From positions 30,565,360 to 30,629,359 of the forward strand of contig NC_043019.1 in assembly GCF_006345805.1 (NCBI RefSeq): a DNA stretch of 64,000 nt, in the 5' to 3' direction. The translations under genes were made by a program, and so were the position numbers. Within the stretch, counting starts at the first letter, position 1. Every line of letters starts with the position of its first letter. Positions 56,687-64,000 of this stretch are shown one piece after another. This DNA is from Octopus sinensis (taxonomy: Eukaryota). The notes below the pieces were generated by a model, which was not told the origin of the DNA, did not search any database, and saw nothing but the letters and a program-made list of their open reading frames with translations.

Positions 56687-59260
56687 GTTTCTGTGTGCGT
56701 GTTTGTTCCCCACCATTGCTTGACAACCAATGTTGGTGTGTTTACATCCCTGTAACTTAGCGGTTCGGCAAAATAGATTGATAGAATAAGTACTACGCTT
56801 ACAAAGAATAAGTCCTAGGGTCGATTCATTTGACTAAAGGTGGTGATCCAGCATGGCCACAGTCAAATGACTGAAATAATTAAAAGAAAAGAAATAAAAC
56901 AATATATACACACTCACTTCTTATATGCATACATGTGTTCACACACACACATATACACGCACACAGAGCATCAGGCTGACCAAAGCTGTGCATTGGGATT
57001 GAACCTTAGACGATATGGATGCAAAGCAAGCTTCTTAACCATGCGGCCACAATGCCACACCTGCACTTATGATGATGAAAATAAATAAATAAAATATTTA
57101 CAAAAAACTTCCACGAACTTTTATTCTCATATTGGAAAAGTTGAAAAGAAAAAGAAAATAATGGTTGCCAACATCAATAAGGTAATTGTGGTGAAGCTGC
57201 TAAAAATAAATATGATTAGCCATTGAAGAGTCTACCTAAAAAGTGGACAGCTAGAAAATTAGTATAATTAGTCATCAGTCAGAAATTTAATTACATTTTT
57301 TTTTTTTTTTTTTTACTTTCCATAACCTTACTAATTAACTGAGACAGACTCACAAACACACATATTCTAGAATTTAGTTAAAGCTGGTTTGCTTTCATCA
57401 TAAGTTAACAAAGTAAAAATGGCTATAACAACAAATGAAACAACAGACAACAACAATAGCAACAGCAACAACAGCAACAACAGCAACAACAACAACAACA
57501 ACAAAAAAAATGTCTTGATGCAGTTTCAGGCAGTGGCTCTCATGGCTTCTGATCTTAATTGATTGGAAGTGTTATCATGTACATTCTTTTGTCTTGGTAT
57601 AAAAGATGGGCTACAGCAAATACTCTGCTCAATACTCCAGCTTTGCTTGTCAGTTACTTTACCTTAACCAGTTGACCATATTCCTTAGTAGCTGAAGATA
57701 TGTGCATCTCTGATCACGAGCAGAAGTAGTGGGGGAGCATCATAGCCATGTTTTGAAAGGAATTCTTTGGGGTTTGAATAACTCACCTCTGGAAACATGG
57801 GTGTTACATTCAATATCCGTAAACAACCCTTATTCAGGGACCTTTTGAGCAAGATGGGCTACTCAACCTGAAGAAAATTCTAACTGGGCCCCACCTACAA
57901 GGTCATGTGCTGTTTATCTTGATATGAGATCACCATGTCATGCACATATGGTTGTGATGCATGTGCCTAGTGTACCCTTATCAGACACCAAAAGCTCCAT
58001 GAGGCTCCAGCAGGGGATGGTGGTGAACCCTGCTGTACTCTTTCACCACAACTTTCTCTCACTCTTTCTTCCTGCTTCTGCTGTACCTGTATTTCAAAGG
58101 GCCAGCCTTGTCACACTGAATCTCCCCGAGAGCTACATTAAGGGTACACGTATCTGTGGAGCACTCAGCCACTTGCATGTTAATTTCACAAGCAGGCTAT
58201 TCCATTGATTGGATCAACTGGAATCCTCATTGTCATAACCGACAGAGTGCCACAACATATATATATATAAGCTCAGCAAAAATTTAGATTCAGATGAATA
58301 TGGTACTTGAGTTAAAGGCACCAGAATTTGGTATGGTATTATCCATATAAATCAAATGGGGTGATTATAATCAAAATAAGCAACAAGGATATCCAAGGTA
58401 GTGTAGTACAATCGTTTCATACTACTTCATTTAATTAAAACAATGTAAGTATTACATCAGTTTTAAAATTTAGAGCACTCATCAGACACATATGGAATTC
58501 TTTTAAAAATTAAATTGACAAGTTCAATTTTCTGCTTAATTCCATTTGCCAACATTACAAAGAGGGTGGATGTATAGACAGAGAGGTTAATTTCATCAAT
58601 AAAAACATGGTAGTAGAAGATCTTAACTCATGGGCAAATTTTTTATCACTGTGTTCACTTTGTTATTTAGATTTACCAATGGGAAGGAGGTTTTCTATTA
58701 AGTTCAGTGAAGACAATCAAGAATTTTTATATTTATAGATAGAGGAAGGGGCAATTTAAATCCAACCCTTTTATGAGGAATTTAGCTCTCCCCATTGGTA
58801 AATCTAAGACAAGGAAATATACATTTGACAATACATACTTGAGTGAAGGTCCCAGCTGTGCATATACATATATATGGAGTGGATTGGATTGCCCATGTTC
58901 AGTTTACTGCAGGACAAAGGTTTCAACATATTTGCTCCACCAGCCATGTTCTGATGTGGAGGTCATGGATTTGAGCTTGAGATCATACTGGTTTGCTGAG
59001 CCTACTCTACTACACTGGCTTGACATGGCAAAGGGGCCCAGTTTTTATACTCTTGCCCACAAGTAGTTAAGTTGATTACATTGATTGCTATGCTTAACGG
59101 GTTCTTTAACAGGTATTTTATCGATCCCAAAAGGATGAAAGGCAAAAACTGACCTTGGCAGAATTTGAACTCAGAATGTAAAGCTGGTCAAAATACTGCA
59201 AAGTATTTCACTCAGTGGGCTAATGATTCTGCCAGCTTGCCTTACACACACACACACACA

Positions 59261-59291
<31 letters not shown>

Positions 59292-59869
59292 CACATGCAC
59301 ACATGAGCAGTGCTACCAGAACTCAGTTCTGTCGAGGTGGGCAGGTCTTCTCATGAACCACATATTGCCAGTCATCCCCCAAATCATCCTCATTATCATC
59401 ATCATCATCATCATCGTTTAACGTCCGTTTTCCATGCTGGCATGGGTTGGACGATTCGACCGGAGTCTTGGAAGCCAGGAGGCTGCACCAGGCTCCCATC
59501 TGATCTGACAGTGTTTCTACAGCTGGATGCCCTTCCCAATGCCAACCACTCCATGAGTGTAGTGGGTGCTTTTTATGTGCCACTGGCACAGGGGCCAGAG
59601 GAAGCTGGCAACGACCACAATCGATTGGTGCTTTTTACATGCCACCGGCACGGATGCCAGTCAAGGCGGTGCTGGCATCAGCCACGTTCGGATGGTGCTT
59701 TTTACATGCCAGGTGAAATGGTCATGACTGGAACACCTCTGATCATAGGTCTGCTTGATTAGGACTGGGCTTGTGTTAAAAACCATCATCATCATCTCAA
59801 CATTTTTTTTAGAGCTTAGCAAATTATAACTCAACCAGAACCATCTGGCTGAAACACTGACCACACAAT

Positions 59870-59904
<35 letters not shown>

Positions 59905-62299
59905 CATATATACGACAGGCTTCTTTCAGTTTCCATCTACCAATCCACTCACAAGGCATTGGTCGGCCCGGGGCTATAGCAGAAGACACTTGCCCAAGAT
60001 GCTATGCAGTGGGACTGAACCTGGAACCATGTGGTTGGTTAGCAAGCTACTTACCACACAGCCACTCCTGCGCCTCAACATTTTTTTTAGAGCTTAGCAA
60101 ATTATAACTCAACCAGAACCATCTGACTGAAACACTGACCACACAACACACACACACACTGTGCAACAAAAGAACACTTACTTTACAACAGACCATTTGT
60201 CTTCTGGTAGAATAACCACATCTTCAATTCTTATGTTGTTAGCATAGTGAAGAACTTTAGGCAAATGTCTTTTGGCATAAACATTCATGTGTGGACTTTG
60301 ACACTTCAGGTCAGATAACAACTCTTCTTCGGAAACTTTATCTTCTGTAAGTAAGAAAAGGAAAAAAATCTCTGAGGTAATTATTCTTTCTTTTTTTGAA
60401 ATTTTCTTACGTATTTAAAGGACAAATTTATTCAGAGAATAAATCTTGACAAAGAGGTATTAAAATTAGTATCAATTCTTTGGTCCTTTAGCATTCAGTT
60501 ATTTCTTCAAACGGCTCTGGATGAATCATGCATTATCTTCTAGTTTTGAAATTTCAATAATGTGACTCTCTTTTTCTTGTTTCAGTCATTTGACTGTGGC
60601 CATGCTGGAGCACTGCCTTTAGTCGAGCAAATCGACCCCAGGACTTATTCTTTGTAAGCCTAGTACTTATTCTATCAGTCTCTTTTTCCGAACTGCTAAG
60701 TTACGGGGACGTAAACACACAGCATCAGTTGTCAAGTGATGTTAGGGGACAAACACAGACACACAAATACACACACACATATATATATATACATACATAT
60801 ATACGATGGGCTTCTTTCAGTTTCCATCAACCAAATCCACTCACAAGGCTTTGGTCAGCCCAAGGCTATAGTAGAAGATACTTGCCCAAGGTGCCACGCA
60901 GTGGGACTGAACCCGAAACCATGTGGCTGGTAAGCAAGCTACTTACCACACAGCCACTCCTGTTTATTTTTTAGAATGACATTGTAGGGTAGGTGTGATA
61001 GGCCAGATCTGGTTGGTCTGAAAGTAAAACGGGACTGGATGTGGCCAAATTAAATGCTAAAGCAGTGGTTCGTGACCATGTTTTTACCTATGGATCCCGT
61101 TTGATTCTGATTTTATTCTGACAGATCCCCATAGCCACTGGATGTTGAAAAACTAGTTTTTATAGATACATGTTCAAAAATTAAAATTTTTTTTTCATGT
61201 GTTCATTCATGTAGGTTTGCAATTTCATCCTCTGAGGGAACATGTTTCAGTATCAGGAAACATGTTGAATTATGGTAAAGCATTTGAGAAAGCCAACCAG
61301 TGGTTTCTTGTAATATACACACCTAAAGCAAAAAACTGTTTCAGGAACTCCTAAAATACTACCTAGGCCCCACCCTCAATTTACTATTTTGCCCATGTGG
61401 ATTCCCACCACTAAAAATCTTATATGGACCCCCAGGGGTCAAATGGACCTTGGTTGAGAACCACTGTACTAAAGAATTTAAAGGGTAAAGATCCCCTTTG
61501 GTCACGAATGGTCATGGGTTTGCACCTAGAAAGTTCCCCTCTGAGGCAAAAGTCTGGGCAAGGTTGTTTGTGGAAGACCAGCAGTTACCCAGGCATAACA
61601 GCCTCTCCTCTCCACATCACCGATGTTGTCCAAGAAACAGGCAAAGACCGATGCAGCTTGGCACCAGTGATGTCACAACTCATTTCTACATGAAATAAAG
61701 TGTCTTGCTCAAGAACACAACACACAACGTAGTCCAGAAATCAAACTCACTACCTCACGATTGTAAACCTAACACTTGAACCACTGAGCCATGCTAAACG
61801 GTTAAACTTTTCTATAACGCCATCACACTGAAGACTGCCTTTGCTTTTATGATACACCAACTGCTTGTATCACAGTATTCAACTTCAAGTCACTATGACA
61901 TTTCAGTTGTATGTAAAGTACTTTCTTTTTTGCTAATTACAAACAGCAGATTACGCTGAAGTTAGTTACGTTTTACTAAATCCTTTCAGCTTCTCATTTT
62001 CAAAATTAATTAAAACACACAGGTAATGTATTTTGTTAGAACTTGGGTTAAGATAATATAATCCACACATGACTTGTTTTATGATTTTACTTTTTTAAAG
62101 AAAGTTCTTTTTACATTGTGCAGGCAGAGCTGTGTAGTAAGAAGTTTGCTTCCCAACCACATGGTTCCGGGTTCAGTCCCACAGCATGGCACCTTGGGCA
62201 AGTGTCTTCTACCATAGCTTTGGACCGACCAAAGTCCCGTGAGTGAATTTGCTAAGATGGACACTGAAAGAAACCAGTTGTATAAACATACACACACAC

Positions 62300-62343
<44 letters not shown>

Positions 62344-63406
62344 GTGTGTACTCTTTGCAACACCTGTCTGTGTTCAGATTGTCCTTGCACAGGAGCCATC
62401 CGGCTAAAGATAATCTCAACTTACTTGTTTCATTGGTGAACATCTCTGTTCCGTTATTTTCCTTTTTGTACTTGGCTGAGATCCTCACTAAGGCGCCAAT
62501 AGACATCACTTGCTTAAGAGCTGCCTCGTTTAGAAAGTCAGAGAGTTCAACAACTCGCTCTAGTGAAATATCCGTCATACCTGGAAATAATGAGAATTAA
62601 ATAAAAAAAACATGGTAAAGGTTAGCATCCAGGAAATGACAGGCACCCTCAACTATACCCTGTTGTGTGTATGTGTGTACATGTGTGTGTGAGTGTGTGT
62701 AAGTGTGTGTGTGTGAGTGTGTAGGAGTGTGTGTGTATGAATCAAATAGGATTTGACTACATCTCCATTTAGAGCATAGTTGAAGCTATCTTTTCGTGGA
62801 AGAAGGTTTATGTTCCTATAACCTGTGTTAATTCTGTAATCCTTTAAAATGGAAGATAAGAAAGTTCATTTTCGGCACTTGATGCTTTGGGATCCAGACA
62901 AAAATTGCTGCAGCTTGGCTGGGATGTGTTACCCCGCCCTCCATATTCATCAGATATTGCTACATCTGATTTCCACTTATTCATGTCTCTGCAGAATAGT
63001 CTTAATGGTAAAAATTTCAATTCCTTGGATGACGTAAAAAGATACCTTGATGAATTCTTTGCCATGAAACCACCTCAATTCTGGGAAGAGGGTATTTTCA
63101 AGTTAAAGGAAAGATGGAGACACATTGTGAAACAAAATTATTCATATTTGGTTGATTAAAAATGTCATGGCAAGTATTTATTGGCCTTTTTCTTTCCTTT
63201 AAAAATTGGCACAAACTTTCCAGACAACCCAATATTTGCATGATAATAATCAGTTAAGAAATAATTTCAGATGCTTTTGATAATTGGGAAAACTCACCAT
63301 GATCTGCTACAATGACGATGTCAATACAGTTCTCAAGTCTTTCTTCATATAATTCATCCATCAGTACTCCAATGATACTATCAATTGTTTGTAGAGCCTT
63401 AACAAC
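35472..63406 (-). CDS. ENPP: Ectonucleotide pyrophosphatase/phosphodiesterase, ENPP1/3-like; 3' 12 coding exons (521 aa), 5' part lies beyond the window
   Basis: Exons 63298-63406, 62425-62580, 60182-60344, 54664-54727, 46686-46773, 45347-45543, 44667-44855, 43920-44058, 43328-43405, 41808-41937, 40239-40368, 35472-35594. All are GT-AG with matching phases, 1566 nt in total. Motifs: VADHGM, LPKVLHY..N.RI, GSHGYDN, GPDFK..FENIELYNL, APNNGT, SGPIFDYDLDGRAD (EF-hand), VPTHVFLVLT, HKARIRDVELLT. Confidence 0.93.
37105..37307. mobile_element. Foldback MITE-like element with nested inverted repeats
   Basis: tattctgttgtctggggagagtcattttc / gaaaatgactctctccagacacaacagaata ends, plus an inner hairpin (ttcgttgcgtgttgcaaccttttc / gaaaaggttgcaagacgcaacgaa). 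Confidence 0.6.
39316..39893 (+). mobile_element. Solo LTR (about 578 bp) inserted into a TTAA-type MITE
   Basis: TGT...ACA termini, 4-bp TSD catg (39312-39315 and 39894-39897), aataaa near the 3' end. The flanks rejoin into the MITE also seen at about 60480-61040. Confidence 0.75.
40239..40368 (-). CDS. ENPP-like exon: FSPETVPTHVFLVLTSYNHTKSDLENSVAYILPTDLGDHSYCR
   Basis: cttcag acceptor, gtaagt donor, phase 2-0; PTHxF and AYILP. Confidence 0.92.
40569..40648 (-). mobile_element. Terminal fragment of the same mariner family
   Basis: Near reverse complement of 63157-63234 (TAttgggttgtccggagagttcgtgc...). Confidence 0.85.
41133..41231 (+). ncRNA. Type-I hammerhead motif (same family as 16903-16997), GUU site
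   Basis: CUGAUGA 41146-41152, stem II GAAGAC/GUCUUC, GAAAC 41207-41211, GUU 41216-41218, stem I CUUUC/GAGAG. Confidence 0.75.
41808..41937 (-). CDS. ENPP-like exon: LWDEALNKISEWLNTYSEINMFSGPIFDYDLDGRADDQETIW
   Basis: ttttag acceptor, gtaagt donor, phase 1-2; Ca-binding EF-hand DxDxDGxxD. Confidence 0.93.
42222..42680. repeat. Compound minisatellite: ctatgtgtataagcgtgag + (GA)n, about 12 units of 35-39 bp
   Basis: Directly visible. Confidence 0.95.
43328..43405 (-). CDS. ENPP-like exon: (D)FITDDKKIILNLSSSCIPVPYKFVS
   Basis: ttctag acceptor, gtaagt donor, phase 1-1; fills the expected gap (aligns to the L.TNIVPMY..F region). Confidence 0.8.
43920..44058 (-). CDS. ENPP-like exon: LKQKSSKEVSCFIPDPRLTGQSKYLPNCSQEASTKDNLTWMNLYPS
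   Basis: ccacag acceptor, gtataa donor, phase 0-1; C...D.R...C pattern of the NUC domain. Confidence 0.88.
44667..44855 (-). CDS. ENPP-like exon: VKGLFVLL...SFGLP...VYDSGIKLPTFIATTLTKENK
   Basis: ttgcag acceptor, gtatgg donor, phase 0-0; start of the nuclease-like domain. Confidence 0.88.
45347..45543 (-). CDS. ENPP-like exon: (D)IFNVTGAPNNGTVGRLDSILHSP...FSKM
   Basis: tttcag acceptor, gtaaag donor, phase 1-0; APNNGT motif. Confidence 0.9.
46686..46773 (-). CDS. ENPP-like exon: SLFLAYGPDFKQNLTIKPFENIELYNLFT
   Basis: caacag acceptor, gtgag donor, phase 0-1; conserved GPxFK and FENIELYNL. Confidence 0.93.
47161..47202 (+). ncRNA. Minimal type-I hammerhead ribozyme motif, U3-A8 variant (identical copy on the minus strand at 47025-47066)
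   Basis: GCUACA-UUGACAA-GGGG caaua CCCC-GAAAC-gc-GUC-UGUAGC: perfect 6-bp stem I, 4-bp stem II, palindromic ACGCGU stem III. Confidence 0.8.
48267..48643 (-). mobile_element. Non-autonomous Helitron
   Basis: Minus strand begins TCTTTATATATAAAAG and ends with a degenerate GC-rich hairpin plus CTAG; it sits between host A and T with no TSD. Confidence 0.75.
49065..49350. repeat. (CCG)n tract interrupted by CCA, about 285 bp
   Basis: Directly visible trinucleotide repeat. Confidence 0.97.
49515..50899 (+). CDS. LINE ORF1 protein (coiled-coil N-terminus, duplicated low-complexity linker, RRM/CTD-like C-terminus)
   Basis: Frame is open from the insertion junction with no native start; C-terminal AIIYG..E, RLG, PIRVIF, ER.RRR.L..E, GEK.L.I..G.I pattern typical of CR1-group ORF1. 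Confidence 0.8.
50900..53784 (+). pseudogene. LINE ORF2 (APE + RT) with three in-frame nonsense changes and no frameshift
   Basis: One frame throughout; TAA 51523-51525 (FLS*HV, expected Q), TGA 53638-53640, TAG 53710-53712; FSVRV...WNKLP continues to TGA 53782-53784. The 5' boundary is approximate. Confidence 0.88.
54664..54727 (-). CDS. ENPP-like exon: DIALYTDKGSHGYDNRYRSMR
   Basis: cctcag acceptor, gtaaaa donor, phase 2-0; G.HGYDN zinc-ligand His motif. Confidence 0.92.
54950..56680. repeat. Tandem duplication, unit about 850 bp, with junctions in (TA)n
   Basis: Matching ORF ends at 55583 and 56432; duplicated SINE pieces and hammerhead relic. Confidence 0.92.
55183..55266 (-). ncRNA. 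Degenerate hammerhead motif (G12>A); duplicate at 56035-56119
   Basis: UAGAC-CUGAUGA-GUGACUAUAUUU...AAAUAUAGCCAC-AAAAC-acgu-GUA-GUCUA. Confidence 0.65.
59395..59712 (-). mobile_element. SINE family D with (GAT)n tail; copies at about 3938-4131(+), 30845-31115(-), 35042-35230(-) and 17050-17350(-)
   Basis: Recurring catcgtttaacgtccgttttccatgct...gatgcccttcctaacgccaaccactcc. Confidence 0.75.
60182..60344 (-). CDS. ENPP-like exon: DKVSEEELLSDLKCQSPHMNVYAKRHLPKVLHYANNIRIEDVVILPEDKWSVV
   Basis: ttacag acceptor, gtaagt donor, phase 1-2; LPKxLHY motif. Confidence 0.93.
62425..62580 (-). CDS. ENPP-like exon: (G)MTDISLERVVELSDFL...EMFTNET
   Basis: ttccag acceptor, gtaagt donor, phase 1-1, completes DHGM. 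Confidence 0.9.
62885..63234 (+). mobile_element. mariner transposase C-terminal fragment with right TIR
   Basis: LGWDVLPRPPYSSDIATSDFHLF (YSPDLAPSDYHLF motif) ... FWEEGIFKLKERW; ends ...cagacaacccaaTA. Confidence 0.9.
63298..63406 (-). CDS. ENPP-like exon: VVKALQTIDSIIGVLMDELYEERLENCIDIVIVADH(G)
   Basis: ttctcag acceptor, gtgag donor; carries the DH zinc ligands of the catalytic domain. Confidence 0.93.
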
Positions 63407-63467
63407 CTGAGAAGTTAAAAATATATATTTTTGGGGTTTATAAATATTTGTTTAGGAATTTGATTTC

Positions 63468-63870
63468 ATAGGAGTGGCTGTGTGGTAAGTAGCTTGCTAA
63501 CCAACCACATGGTTCCGGGTTCAGTCCCACTGCGTGGCATCTTGGGCAAGTGTCTTCTACTATAGCCTCGGGCCGACCAAAGCCTTGTGAGTGGATTTGG
63601 TAGACAGAAACTGAAAGAAGCCTGTCGTATGTATATATATATATGTATGTGTGTGTGTGTCTGTGTTTGTCCCCCTAGCATTGCTTGACAACCGATGCTG
63701 GTGTGTTTACGTCCCCGTCACTTAGCGGTTCGGCAAAAAGAGACTGATAGAATAAGTACTGGGCTTACAAAGAATAAGTCCCGGGGTCGATTTGCTCGAC
63801 TAAAGGCGGTGCTCCAGCATGGCCGCAGTCAAATGACTGAAACAAGTAAAAGTAAAAGTAAAAGTAAAAG
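63468..63870 (+). mobile_element. tRNA-derived SINE family B with internal microsatellite and (agtaaa)n tail; many copies, e.g. 10453-10903(-), 22945-23320, 26460-26888, 27966-28408, 29703-30306, 60575-60961(-)
   Basis: Recurring ggagtggctgtgtggtaag...ggttcagtcccactgcgtggcaccttgggcaagtg...gccttgtgagtggatttggtagacggaaactg. Confidence 0.85.
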
Positions 63871-64000
63871 TATAGATATATATATATGCAAGAGAGAAAG
63901 CTGACAAAAGTTATAATGGAGCAACAAGTGCTACATTCAAAGCCAGATGTGGAGCACATGTTCACTTTCTTATAAACAACACAACATTTTTATTGAGGCA

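Overview
AT-rich, microsatellite- and SINE-dense animal DNA; the repeat content suggests an octopus or other cephalopod (inference). Two protein-coding genes lie on the minus strand: an intronless PGM2-type phosphoglucomutase/phosphopentomutase (6417-8228) and the 3' 12 exons of an ENPP1/3-like phosphodiesterase (63406 to 35472, read by hand, all splice phases consistent). Mobile DNA includes a young CR1-group LINE nested in a SINE nested in a MITE, Penelope-like RT relics, a CRE-like relic, Tc1/mariner relics, a solo LTR, a non-autonomous Helitron, several MITE and SINE families and a 5S rRNA pseudogene. The most striking signal is a set of about 8 dissimilar families of short non-coding elements, mostly next to (TA)n tracts, each carrying a minimal type-I hammerhead ribozyme motif. 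Many occur as head-to-head foldback palindromes, and one has a compensatory U3-A8 core. They look like Penelope-derived pLTR/retrozyme-like elements. Ribozyme activity is inferred from structure only.
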